From the NCBI GenBank assembly GCA_001829455.1, contig MIBH01000009.1, positions 2,263 to 63,158 of the forward strand: a DNA stretch of 60,896 nt, given 5' to 3'. Position numbers and translations under genes: made by a program. Origin of the DNA: Spirochaetes bacterium RBG_13_51_14. Its GTDB lineage: Bacteria > Spirochaetota > UBA4802 > UBA5550. Position 1 is the first letter of the stretch. The number at the start of each line of letters is the position of its first letter. Positions 8,928-17,970 of the stretch are shown one piece after another. The notes beneath the pieces were generated by a model that was not told where the DNA came from, did no database searches, and saw only the letters and a list, made by a program, of their open reading frames with translations.

Positions 8928-9683
8928 TCAGCTCTTGTCATCAGCCACCAACGCATAAAATCCATAGAATGAATCCCGCACCGCAGCATAGGAGTCCTCA
9001 GCGAGGTCAAAATTGCCGTACCATATGTGCTCGAAGATTCTGGTCAGTTCCGCGAAATTCCCCCGCAGGGTCGAACCGGCCAGTTCGGAAAGGTAGTCGG
9101 TATTGGTCTTGTCGATTTTCCACTTGATAAGGCTGCGGGCCGACAATTCCTGCAAGGCTTTATGGTACATGAGGCGCACCGCGATGCGGTACTCGCGCAG
9201 TTTCAGATGACCCGCTATGAGCTCATCAAAATCAACGCCGGAAATGTCCCCGATCGTGTCAGCTATCGCGCGCGGACGTTTTTTCGACGAGAAAAATATT
9301 CCCCTGAAGTCCGCGCCGAATAGTTTGACAACGACAAGCAAGAGCGCGGCCATAATGACACCGTAGACCACGTATTTCAGCGCCTTCCATACCACTGCAT
9401 CATCGACGCCCTTGAACAATACCCGTAATTTTTCCAGCAGCCATGCTTTGATCCAGTCCCAGAAGGACAGGTACGGAGCGTTTTGACGATCGTATGAAAA
9501 GTCACTGTTGCGTCGGAACTCATCAAGCTTCTTCACCGGAACCGGGCGCGCCCTCACCGCGGAACCATCGGCCGGGACCCTTCCGACGTTCCGCACGGCT
9601 ATGATGCGTTCAGCCGGAGCCGCCGGGACGGTCAGGAATAAGCTCAGACACAGCACACTCAGGCAGCGGCCTGCCATCTTCAT
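8928..9683 (-). CDS. DUF4129-like protein
   Basis: Signal or anchor MKMAGRCLSVLCLSLFLTVPAAPA, a central TM, and C-terminal ..FEHIWYGNF..SF motif. I prefer the ATG at 9683 (GAGGGG 5 nt upstream). The ORF track starts at 9695. Confidence 0.65.
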   Translation of the reverse strand: MKMAGRCLSVLCLSLFLTVPAAPAERIIAVRNVGRVPADGSAVRARPVPVKKLDEFRRNSDFSYDRQNAPYLSFWDWIKAWLLEKLRVLFKGVDDAVVWKALKYVVYGVIMAALLLVVVKLFGADFRGIFFSSKKRPRAIADTIGDISGVDFDELIAGHLKLREYRIAVRLMYHKALQELSARSLIKWKIDKTNTDYLSELAGSTLRGNFAELTRIFEHIWYGNFDLAEDSYAAVRDSFYGFYALVADDKS

Positions 9684-9684
9684 C

Positions 9685-10542
9685 CTACCCCTCATTCTTC
9701 CTGCCGATATCCTCGATTTTCCTCAACAGACCAGCCCCCTCCTTCTTCTCCACAAGGCTGTAATACTGAAGGGCAATGCCGACGAGTATGATGACGCTCA
9801 GGAAAGAACTGAACTGGTATATTACCCCCGCGATGATGAATAGCACCCGGTAGAATGAACCGGTCATATCGGCCTTATGAAACACGGCTGTAAAGGTCAG
9901 TATAAAATTGGGAAGACCGAAGATCCATCCCGCGGCACCCATGATAATTGAAAGAAGAAAAACCAGTCCGAAGGTGAACCACCAGTTTCCCTTCATAAGC
10001 CTCATGCTTCTCCTCAGGGCCTCAAAAAAACTATTTCGTTCCTGTATGCGGATAATGGGAACCATCGTTACCACAACGGCGAAATAAATCCCGGGTATTA
10101 TCAGCAGAATAATAGAAAAAAACAGGACAAAAAAACTTCCGACACTGGTGAAAACAATCATCCAGAAATCCCTTCTGATTGCTTTCCAGAGATCGTCGAA
10201 CGTTATCGCGCCCACGTTTTTTTCAGGGTACAGCACCACAAGCTCGTATGCAATGAGCGTGATGAAGGTATAGCTCAGAATACCGAACATGATAATGAGC
10301 AGGTACCGGAGGGTGAAGATACCGGCGAAGGCGCCCCCCATCTCGCTGTTCAGATTCATTGAAACGGTATCAGCACTATGGAGTCCCAGAAGGATTCCCT
10401 GTATCGGTATGATCGGCCCCGTGATGATGAGTATCGCCTTGAACAGGAGTGCCACATTCTGGCGCAGGAATGCAAAGGTGTCATTGATGATTGCGCCGAA
10501 ATCGCGGGCCTTTTTCAGTTCAATTTTTTCTGTCTGGTTCAT
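9685..10542 (-). CDS. polytopic membrane protein, family unassigned
   Basis: About six hydrophobic segments. The ATG at 10542 is preceded by AAGGAG. Overlaps the 3' end of the upstream gene by 23 nt. Confidence 0.7.
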   Translation of the reverse strand: MNQTEKIELKKARDFGAIINDTFAFLRQNVALLFKAILIITGPIIPIQGILLGLHSADTVSMNLNSEMGGAFAGIFTLRYLLIIMFGILSYTFITLIAYELVVLYPEKNVGAITFDDLWKAIRRDFWMIVFTSVGSFFVLFFSIILLIIPGIYFAVVVTMVPIIRIQERNSFFEALRRSMRLMKGNWWFTFGLVFLLSIIMGAAGWIFGLPNFILTFTAVFHKADMTGSFYRVLFIIAGVIYQFSSFLSVIILVGIALQYYSLVEKKEGAGLLRKIEDIGRKNEG

Positions 10543-11500
10543 GTGCAAGCTCCTTTATATTTAGAGTGAGTGGGTATACGATGTAATAAAAAATCACAAA
10601 TATCAGCGAGGCTCCGATGATACCGAGCGACAGGGGCCGCGGCATGCTCGTGTACCGGGTCACGAATCCTTCGAGGAGGGCCGCCACGACGAACACGGGA
10701 ATGACGCCAATGAGTATCTTGAGGCCGTCCCGGGCTCCCCGCTGGAATGACGCGAGGCGCGAATAGGTGCCGGGGAAAAGGATGCCGTTGCCGATCACGA
10801 TGCCCGCGCCGCCGGCGACTATCACCGCCGTTATCTCCAGGGTTCCGTGGATCCATATGCTCAGCAGGGATGTCGCGAGGAGGCCCTTCTGGTAGAAGAA
10901 ATAATGAAACGCGCCGAGCATCACGCCGTTGCTGAAAATGACATAGCCCGCGCCGAAAGAAAAGAGCACCCCGCAGGCGAATGCCGTCAGCGCCACCATG
11001 ATGTTGTTCGCCGTGACCCCCAGAAACATGTTCATATTGTTCATGGATTTGTAGACCGCCATTGGGTCGCCCTTCTCGATGTTCTCCATGGTCATCTTGA
11101 CGTAGGTGTCGCCCAGGATGAGGCGCACGAAGCCATCGTCGTTGGCGGACGACACAACGCCGACGAGGACAGAAACCGCGAACACGCACATAGAAACGAG
11201 CAACTCTTTCCGGTGAGCCCTGAAAAGCCGCGGCTGTTCCTGGCTCCAGAACGTCCTGAGCCGCTTCCGCTCTTCTTTCCTGCTCCTGAAAATGGCCTGG
11301 TGGAATTTCGCTGTCAGGCCGTTCAGGTATGTGGTGATCGTGCTCCCGGGGTAAAATGTCTTCGCGTAGGAGAGGTCGTCGGTAAGCTCTATATAGAGCT
11401 CGGCAATCTGGTCGGGGCTTGACTTTTTCCGCGCCTTTATCAAAGACTCGAACCGGCCCCATTTATCCGCGTTCTGCTGTAAAAATTGTATCTCTTTCAT
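10520..11500 (-). CDS. SpoIIM-like (DUF95) membrane protein
   Basis: N-terminal soluble segment, then NNIMVALTAFACGVLFSFGAGYVIFSNGVMLGAF and more TM helices typical of the stage II sporulation protein M family. Confidence 0.75.
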   Translation of the reverse strand: MKEIQFLQQNADKWGRFESLIKARKKSSPDQIAELYIELTDDLSYAKTFYPGSTITTYLNGLTAKFHQAIFRSRKEERKRLRTFWSQEQPRLFRAHRKELLVSMCVFAVSVLVGVVSSANDDGFVRLILGDTYVKMTMENIEKGDPMAVYKSMNNMNMFLGVTANNIMVALTAFACGVLFSFGAGYVIFSNGVMLGAFHYFFYQKGLLATSLLSIWIHGTLEITAVIVAGGAGIVIGNGILFPGTYSRLASFQRGARDGLKILIGVIPVFVVAALLEGFVTRYTSMPRPLSLGIIGASLIFVIFYYIVYPLTLNIKELAHEPDRKN

Positions 11501-11697
11501 TCACCCGTTCATCCGTAATCTGCTGTTACCTCGCCCTCTCCCCCATCGCTGCGCGAAACGTGGAATACAATCTCTTCACTAAAATTAAGACGCCTAATAA
11601 ATACCACCGCGTATCTGCACGCACCAGCGCGGCACGCGGCTGTCCCATAAGCCCCCTATATCCCCCAGAGGGGGACATTTTCGCCCAATTTGGCCTG

Positions 11698-11740
11698 GAA
11701 AGCCCCCCTTTGGGGGGGTTGGGGGGAACTTTTTAGAAAA
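11698..11740 (-). terminator. C6/G7 hairpin element directly 3' of the lipid-kinase gene; member of the C/G-tract repeat family
   Basis: Minus strand reads ..GTTCCCCCCAACCCCCCCAAAGGGGGGCTTTCC. About 37/40 nt identical to 28257-28294. The T-run is short. Confidence 0.4.
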
Positions 11741-11743
11741 CCG

Positions 11744-12673
11744 CTATACGTATACCAACCGCACCTGCGGGCCGACTTCCGCGACCAGGGTGCCTTTCGC
11801 TTCATACAGATCGCCGTCCATGGTATAGAGCATCTTCTTATCGCTCGTGATGCTTACTTTTTTTCCGATGGTGTCAAAGACATACGGATGCTTGACCGGC
11901 GTTCCTGTTCTAATGTTCCAGAGGTTTTTAACGATATCAGACGGCTCGCACCCCACGGAAAGGACATGGAAGGTCCCCTCCTCTTCATAGGCGCGGTGGA
12001 GCGGCTTGAACCCGATGCCGATGTCGTCGACCGTTGCCGCGATGACGGCGATAAAGTCATGATGCGGCACCACGTTCCCGTCGATGACGACCTTGCAGTT
12101 CAGCCTGTCAAACAGGGTTCCCACGTCGGCGCCGAAAGCGGCGCCCCGCACCGCCAGCCAGATGGTCTTCAATGCTTTCGTCGGACCGGTCCCCTCGCCG
12201 CGGTAATACTCTGACAGAAAATTCGCGGTCATGCCTGTCCCGAAGATAAAGCAGTATTTGTCATCGACCCGTATGGTGTCGCGGACGAAGATCTTCGGAT
12301 TGCCGTTCTGCTTTAATATCGCAATGAGCCTTTTCAGCAGCTGTCCCGGTTTTCCTTTGAGATTGATGGTCCGGGACTGGGTATTCATGGTGCCGGCCCG
12401 GAGATGCAGGATGGGCGGTATCGGATCCTTTTTGTATATGTTGATAAACCGCGACAGCACGTGGTGGTTGGTGCCGTCGCCGCCGCAGACCGCGGCATAG
12501 GGCAATCCCAGCTTCTTGAACTCTTTAATGACGGGATCGATTTCAGCAATGCTGTTGGTGACCCGTACGTCCGCGAATCCCTCCGCAATATCCGAAAAGT
12601 ATTCAAGCGGGTTAATATTCATTTTTTTGACGCCGTGTGCGTGCGGGTTGATAATGACACCGACCTTTTTCAT
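11744..12673 (-). CDS. diacylglycerol/lipid kinase family protein (YegS/BmrU-like)
   Basis: DAGK catalytic-domain pattern VIINPHAHG ... AAVCGGDGTNHHV. Confidence 0.85.
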   Translation of the reverse strand: MKKVGVIINPHAHGVKKMNINPLEYFSDIAEGFADVRVTNSIAEIDPVIKEFKKLGLPYAAVCGGDGTNHHVLSRFINIYKKDPIPPILHLRAGTMNTQSRTINLKGKPGQLLKRLIAILKQNGNPKIFVRDTIRVDDKYCFIFGTGMTANFLSEYYRGEGTGPTKALKTIWLAVRGAAFGADVGTLFDRLNCKVVIDGNVVPHHDFIAVIAATVDDIGIGFKPLHRAYEEEGTFHVLSVGCEPSDIVKNLWNIRTGTPVKHPYVFDTIGKKVSITSDKKMLYTMDGDLYEAKGTLVAEVGPQVRLVYV

Positions 12674-12702
12674 AGGTGACGCCTCCTTATGATGAATTTC
12701 AT

Positions 12703-13737
12703 TTAGTCTACGCCATCCTCATCCTTCGACTCCGCCTTTTTCAGGATGAGGTAATTTATAAATCCTATTACTACCATCAGGATCAGGAAGAGTGGGTAGG
12801 CTATCTTCCAGTTCCGGGGTCCGGTCATCATGCTCCATTCCGACATTCCGCCGATCCCGGTGAGAAGGGTCAGCGGCATGAAGATTGTCGTGATCAGGGT
12901 CAGGCGCCGCACAACCCGGTTTGTCCTGTTCGCCAGCATGGTCATCCGGTTGTTCATCATGGAAAGGTATATTTCCATGAAGTTGGATATCATCTCTCGG
13001 TATATCTCGGCCTCTTCATAAAATTTCGCCAGGTGATCGTAAATATCGCGAAAATGATATATCGACTTCTCGGTGACGAAGCGAGAATCCCCTCGGCAGA
13101 TCTTCATCAGAATTTCACGCTCGTGGGTGATGCTCTTGCGCAGCGAGAGCACGCTCCGCCGCAGGCGCATCAGCTCCTGGGGCCTGAAGGTTTCAATGGA
13201 GTTTATAATATTTTCTTCAATTCCGTCAAGCTCATCCTTGAGCGCCTCGATGGTGTGAAATTTCTGATCCACAAGGTAATCGAGTATCACCTGAAGGAGG
13301 TAATCCGGCCCCTGAAGCACATTCCCCCGGTCGAGTGCCGCCATCTGCTCGAGGCGGTCGAGAAAACTGCCGTTACCGTGAAGATTGTGGCTGACAAGGA
13401 TTATAAAATTCCTCCCCAGGAACAGGTCCACCTCGTCAATAAAGAGCTCTCCCGTGTCGTAAAAAAACTTGTTAAAAAGAATAAACGTATTGGTTTGATA
13501 ATCCTCAATCTTTGGTATCTGGTTGTCATCCAGGCAGTCCTCAACGGAAAGGGGGTGGATCCCCAGAGGCTCGATGAGCGCCTCCAGCTCTTCCCGGGCC
13601 GGATCCAGATAATTGAGCCAGATGTATCCCCCGCCCTTGAGAGCGGACAGGGCGGTATTCAGGTCCTCTGCCACGACGGGATCTCCATCAGCCATAATAT
13701 GGAAAAAACGGCGCATGGATGTGTTTGATGGGCTCAT
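12703..13737 (-). CDS. corA: CorA-family divalent cation channel with a variant GMS signature
   Basis: C-terminal TIFMPLTLLTGIGGMSEW followed by a second TM. The canonical family sequence is YGMNF. Confidence 0.85.
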   Translation of the reverse strand: MSPSNTSMRRFFHIMADGDPVVAEDLNTALSALKGGGYIWLNYLDPAREELEALIEPLGIHPLSVEDCLDDNQIPKIEDYQTNTFILFNKFFYDTGELFIDEVDLFLGRNFIILVSHNLHGNGSFLDRLEQMAALDRGNVLQGPDYLLQVILDYLVDQKFHTIEALKDELDGIEENIINSIETFRPQELMRLRRSVLSLRKSITHEREILMKICRGDSRFVTEKSIYHFRDIYDHLAKFYEEAEIYREMISNFMEIYLSMMNNRMTMLANRTNRVVRRLTLITTIFMPLTLLTGIGGMSEWSMMTGPRNWKIAYPLFLILMVVIGFINYLILKKAESKDEDGVD

Positions 13738-14021
13738 GGCACTATGTGAAGGGATTCCTGAAATAAATCAAGAAAAAATATTAATATGACCGGCCCCATG
13801 CTTTTTATGAGCTGGAACGCCGCAGCCATTTCCGCGTAAAAACCGGCACGCACCGTGATTCCTCCGGGCGCCGAAGATAAAATTTTTTTGACATGCGGGC
13901 TCTGGAAAAAAGCCGTGCGGGGGAGGACCGGGGCCTGCTCGACTTTCTCGCAGGCGGGTCATTTCGCATCTGTGGCGACTGATGGGAAACGCTCCACCGC
14001 GCAGGGCGGAGTTCGCACGGA

Positions 14022-15320
14022 TCACCGGTTGTCAATAACCGGCTTTACCCTGCCCCCGGTCGTCGTGCCGAGCGTCTCCTGCTCCACCAGGGTTATTTTC
14101 GCCGTCGCCCCCACCTCCCGTTCGATACTCGCGGCGATGCCGTTTTTCAGCGCCATGATCTTCTTTATTTCATCGTTGAACATGCTCTCAACGACTTCCA
14201 CTTTGACCTCCATCACGTCGTCGCCCGCGACGTTGTCGATGGAAACCTGGAACCGGGGATCGATACCCGTTGCCCGCTTGAGTATCTCCCCGATCTGCGC
14301 CGGGAATATATTGATGCCGTTGAACACGAACAGGTCATCGGTCCGCGCCGCGACCCGCTCCATGCGCAGGGTCGTGCGGCCGCACGGACATGCTCCCTCC
14401 AGGATCGATGAGATGTCTCCGGTGCGATACCGGATCAGGGGAAATCCCTCCCGCGTAATTGTGGTGATGACGAGCTCGCCCTCGGTCCCGTGCTGAACCG
14501 GTTCGCCGGTCCGGGGGTCCACGATCTCCACGATGTAGTGATCTTCGTTGACGTGGAGACCGCTCTTCTCCCCGCACTCGCCCGATACGCCGGGGCCCAT
14601 CATCTCATTGACGCCGTATATATTGTAGGCGGACAGGTGAAGCGCGTCTTCGATCCTGCCGCGCGTGGCCTCTCCCCAGGGTTCGGCGCCGAAAAGGCCG
14701 ATCTTCAAATTCAGCTCATCGGGATGAATGCCCATCTCCCTCAGGTGGCCGGCGATGCGGTGGGCGTAGCTCGGCGTGGACAGGAGCACCGTGGTCTTGT
14801 AGTCTTTCATGATATGTATCTGCCGCTCTACGTTGCCCGACTGCGACGATGGGATGACCGACGCTCCCATCTTCTCAGCGCCGTAATGCAGCCCGAACCC
14901 GCCGGTGAACATGTTGTAGTCGAAGGCGATCTGCACGAAATCGTTTTCCGTAACGCCGGCCGCCGCAAGCACCCGGGCCACCTGATCGGACCAGTTCAGG
15001 ATATCGTTCCGGGTGTATCCGATCGCGATTGGTTTCCCGGTCCTTCCCGCCGTTGAGTGGATCCGGACGATGTCCCGCAGTGGAACGGCGAACATGTTGT
15101 AGGGGTAGCTCTTCCTGAGATCGTCCTTTGTCGTAACGGGAAGCTGCCTGATGTCGTCAATTCTTTTTATCTTCTCGATATCGATCTTATTCTCATCGAA
15201 TATGTTCTTATAGAATCCAACATTGCGGTACACCCGGTTCAGGGTGCTCTGAAGTCGCTCGATCTGAAGCTGGATCAATTCGTCGCGCGGCATTGTTTCG
15301 AATTTGGCGTTGTATATCAT
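14022..15320 (-). CDS. paaK: phenylacetate-CoA ligase family (PaaK-like) adenylating enzyme
   Basis: MIYNAKFETMPRDELIQLQIERLQ.. N-terminus, STAGRTGKP and YRTGD motifs. I start at the ATG ending at 15320, where a G10 run gives an SD-like element 6 nt upstream. The ORF track extends to 15359. Confidence 0.88.
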   Translation of the reverse strand: MIYNAKFETMPRDELIQLQIERLQSTLNRVYRNVGFYKNIFDENKIDIEKIKRIDDIRQLPVTTKDDLRKSYPYNMFAVPLRDIVRIHSTAGRTGKPIAIGYTRNDILNWSDQVARVLAAAGVTENDFVQIAFDYNMFTGGFGLHYGAEKMGASVIPSSQSGNVERQIHIMKDYKTTVLLSTPSYAHRIAGHLREMGIHPDELNLKIGLFGAEPWGEATRGRIEDALHLSAYNIYGVNEMMGPGVSGECGEKSGLHVNEDHYIVEIVDPRTGEPVQHGTEGELVITTITREGFPLIRYRTGDISSILEGACPCGRTTLRMERVAARTDDLFVFNGINIFPAQIGEILKRATGIDPRFQVSIDNVAGDDVMEVKVEVVESMFNDEIKKIMALKNGIAASIEREVGATAKITLVEQETLGTTTGGRVKPVIDNR

Positions 15321-15326
15321 GTGCAT

Positions 15327-15336
15327 CCCCCCCCCC
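15327..15336. repeat. C10 homopolymer (G10 on the coding strand) just upstream of the paaK start
   Basis: Counted directly: ..catCCCCCCCCCCgtg.. Confidence 0.95.
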
Positions 15337-15393
15337 GTGCCCCATCCATCAAGAGGCACGACATAAATATCGTACGTCGATTCAACCGTAATG

Positions 15394-16128
15394 TTACTCG
15401 CCTATGCTTCGGTACTCCTTCCCCAGATAGGCGCGCTGCACGTCATTGTTGTTCAGTAGCTCCTCCGACGTGCCCTCGAGGACCATCTGGCCCGTCTCTA
15501 TCACGTAGCCGCGGTCGGCGATGCGGAGCGCCGCCCGTGCGTTCTGCTCCACCAGGAGTATGGTATTCCCCGCGCCGCGCAGTTTTCGTATCTCCTCAAA
15601 AATATTCTTCACAATGATGGGCGCCAGTCCCATGGACGGCTCGTCCAGCATGATGAGCCGCGGCCGCGCCATGAGAGCCCTGCCGATTGCCAGCATCTGC
15701 TGTTCGCCGCCGGACAGCGTGCCGCCCAGCTGATACTCCCGCTCACGGAGGCGCGGAAACATGGCGAAGATGACCTCGAGCTCTGCCTGGAGATCGGTTT
15801 TACGGTCGCCCCGGAGGCGCGGGTACGCGCCCAGCGAGAGATTTTCCCGCACGGTCATGGTGTTGAAGATCAGCCTTCCCTCGGGAACGAGCGAACAGCC
15901 GGCGGAGACGATTGTTTCCGGCTCGTCCGCGCTGATATCCCTGCCGCCGAGCATGATCTCGCCCTCCTGGGCCCTCACGATGCCCGCAACGGTCCGCAGC
16001 AGCGTGCTCTTGCCCGATCCATTCCCGCCGATAATAGTCACGATTTCACCCGGCGCCACGTGAAGGGACACGCCCTTCAGAACCCGGAGCTTGCCGTATC
16101 CCGCGTTCAGGTTCCGAATCTTAAGCAT
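15394..16128 (-). CDS. livF: branched-chain amino acid ABC transporter ATP-binding protein LivF
   Basis: Walker A GGNGSGKST, signature LSGGEQQML, Walker B LIMLDEPS. Confidence 0.92.
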   Translation of the reverse strand: MLKIRNLNAGYGKLRVLKGVSLHVAPGEIVTIIGGNGSGKSTLLRTVAGIVRAQEGEIMLGGRDISADEPETIVSAGCSLVPEGRLIFNTMTVRENLSLGAYPRLRGDRKTDLQAELEVIFAMFPRLREREYQLGGTLSGGEQQMLAIGRALMARPRLIMLDEPSMGLAPIIVKNIFEEIRKLRGAGNTILLVEQNARAALRIADRGYVIETGQMVLEGTSEELLNNNDVQRAYLGKEYRSIGE

Positions 16129-16885
16129 CCCCTTCCCCCAGGTATACCCGTATCACCTCGCCGTTCTTCTGTATCGCGGCGGGAGCGCCTTCGGCGATTT
16201 TTTTTCCGGAGGAAAGTACCACGATCTCGTCGGATATGTTCATCACGAGGGACATGTCGTGCTCGATAACCAGCACGGTGATCCCCCGCCGCCGTATTTT
16301 CATAATCATCTCCGATATGTGCGCCGTCTCGTGGATGTTAAGGCCGGCCGCCGGCTCGTCCAGGAGTATCAGGTCCGGCTCGGTGGCGAGCGCACGCGCG
16401 AATTCCACCACGCGCTGCTTGCCGAAGGGCAGGCTCGTTGCTTCCTGGTCTGCCAGATCGCCGATGCCCAGCAGGCTCAAAATATCCATGGATGTTTCGC
16501 GTATCTCCCGCTCCTCCGCCTTTGTCCGGGGCAGGCGCAGCATGGCCGCGAGAAAACCTGCCCGGCTCCGGATGTGCCGTCCGATCATGACATTTTCGAG
16601 CACGCTCATCCGCGAGAACAGCTTTATGTTCTGGAAGGTGCGCGATATTCCCCGGCGCGCGATCCGGTGTGGCGGCAGGCCGTGGATCGGCGATCCGCTT
16701 ATGAACACCTGGCCGGAAGCGGGGGGCAGCGCGCCCGAAATGAGGTTGAACAGCGTTGTTTTGCCGGCGCCATTGGGCCCGATGATGGCCTTGATCGCGT
16801 TCTTCTCGACGGAGAAGGAGACCTCCTGCACAGCGCGGAGCCCTCCAAAAGAGCGGCTCAGGCCTTTTACTTCGAGGAAATTCAT
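16121..16885 (-). CDS. livG: branched-chain amino acid ABC transporter ATP-binding protein LivG
   Basis: Walker A GPNGAGKTT and Walker B LILLDEPAAG. 8-nt overlap with livF. Confidence 0.92.
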   Translation of the reverse strand: MNFLEVKGLSRSFGGLRAVQEVSFSVEKNAIKAIIGPNGAGKTTLFNLISGALPPASGQVFISGSPIHGLPPHRIARRGISRTFQNIKLFSRMSVLENVMIGRHIRSRAGFLAAMLRLPRTKAEEREIRETSMDILSLLGIGDLADQEATSLPFGKQRVVEFARALATEPDLILLDEPAAGLNIHETAHISEMIMKIRRRGITVLVIEHDMSLVMNISDEIVVLSSGKKIAEGAPAAIQKNGEVIRVYLGEGDA

Positions 16886-17970
16886 TCCTGTTTACCCGCG
16901 CGGCATTTATTAACGATGCGGACGGCCGTATCGGCCAGAATCCGAAAATTTTCCTTTATTAAAAGCCCTTCCGGCATGAACAGCATGATGACGATGAGGA
17001 TACAGCCGAAAACGAATTCGTCGTAGCTCCCGAAATATCCACGCAGGGAAAGGTAATTGAGCACGACGCCCATCACCAGGGCGCCCCACAGATTCGCCAT
17101 GCCGCCCACGGCCACAATGGCGACGTAGCTCACCGACTTCATCACCTCCGCTTCCGACGGTCCGATGCCGCCGTTAAAGTGGGTGAGAAAAACGCCGGCA
17201 ATGCACGCGAACACCGCGCTCAGGACAAAGACGGAGAGCTTATACCGCGCCGTGTTCACTCCCATTGCGTTGGCCGCCTCTTCGCTCCCGTGTATTGATC
17301 TGAGCGCGCGTCCCGGCCTCGAATCTATGAGGTTCGTCAGGAGGATGACGCCGGCAACAAGCAGAAACGCGGCGATGTAGTAGTTTTGCACCCGGAGGCC
17401 GGGATCGCCGCCCACGGCAAGCCCCCCGGCGAGACGGAAGGCCGGCAGATCGGATATACCGTCGGCCTCGCCGAACATCCTCGTGCCCAGCACGATGCGG
17501 TACACTATGATGCCGAATCCCAGGGTGGCCATTGCCAGGTAGTGCCCCTTCAGCTTGAGGATCGGGATACCGATGAGAAAGGCCACGGCGGCGGTGAGGC
17601 AAACGGCGACGACCAGAGACACCCACGGCGAGAGGTGCTGGGTCTGAGCGCCGTAGGCGTTCGTCGACACGGTATCAAGGCCCAAGCCGACGACGAGCTT
17701 CACGAGAGGATTACCCGCTGCGCCCGCCAGGTTATACGTTGTCAGCACTGCGGTGGTGTACCCCCCCATGGCGAAAAAGGCGGCATGGCCCAGGGAAATC
17801 TGGCCGGCATACCCCATGAGCACGGTGAGGCCGAGGATGACCAGGGAGTAATAGGCGGACATTGTCAGCTGGGTCAGGTAAAACTCGCGGTTCAACGCCG
17901 AGACGATGATCTGGAACGCAATAATGCAGGCAGTCAGCACGGCGACCGGAATGTATACGCTCGGTCTCAT
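16882..17970 (-). CDS. livM: branched-chain amino acid ABC transporter permease LivM
   Basis: Polytopic. GQISLGHAAFFAMGGY motif. 4-nt overlap with livG. Confidence 0.9.
   Translation of the reverse strand: MRPSVYIPVAVLTACIIAFQIIVSALNREFYLTQLTMSAYYSLVILGLTVLMGYAGQISLGHAAFFAMGGYTTAVLTTYNLAGAAGNPLVKLVVGLGLDTVSTNAYGAQTQHLSPWVSLVVAVCLTAAVAFLIGIPILKLKGHYLAMATLGFGIIVYRIVLGTRMFGEADGISDLPAFRLAGGLAVGGDPGLRVQNYYIAAFLLVAGVILLTNLIDSRPGRALRSIHGSEEAANAMGVNTARYKLSVFVLSAVFACIAGVFLTHFNGGIGPSEAEVMKSVSYVAIVAVGGMANLWGALVMGVVLNYLSLRGYFGSYDEFVFGCILIVIMLFMPEGLLIKENFRILADTAVRIVNKCRAGKQE

Noticed and set aside
12676-13728. 350-aa plus-strand ORF almost exactly antisense to the CorA gene. Similar long antisense or alternate-frame ORFs lie at 43663-44931, 16091-17026, 28154-29290, 3748-4452, 10539-11462 and 21200-21847.
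   Set aside because: Their translations are Arg/Pro/Gly/His-rich and low in complexity, with no motifs. Each lies opposite, or in another frame of, a gene with clear family signatures. Long shadow ORFs are expected in GC-rich coding DNA.
13738-14021. Possible M-box (Mg2+) riboswitch in the 284-nt region upstream of the CorA-family gene.
   Set aside because: I could not recognise any M-box conserved blocks on the minus strand. The region also has to contain the paaK 3' end signals. This is unverified without a covariance-model scan.
14022-15359. The ORF-track version of the PaaK-like gene, with the N-terminal extension MPLDGWGTGGGMH.
   Set aside because: The extension is translated from the G10 homopolymer and its flank. 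The family N-terminus begins at MIYNAKFETMPRDEL. I therefore moved the start to 15320.
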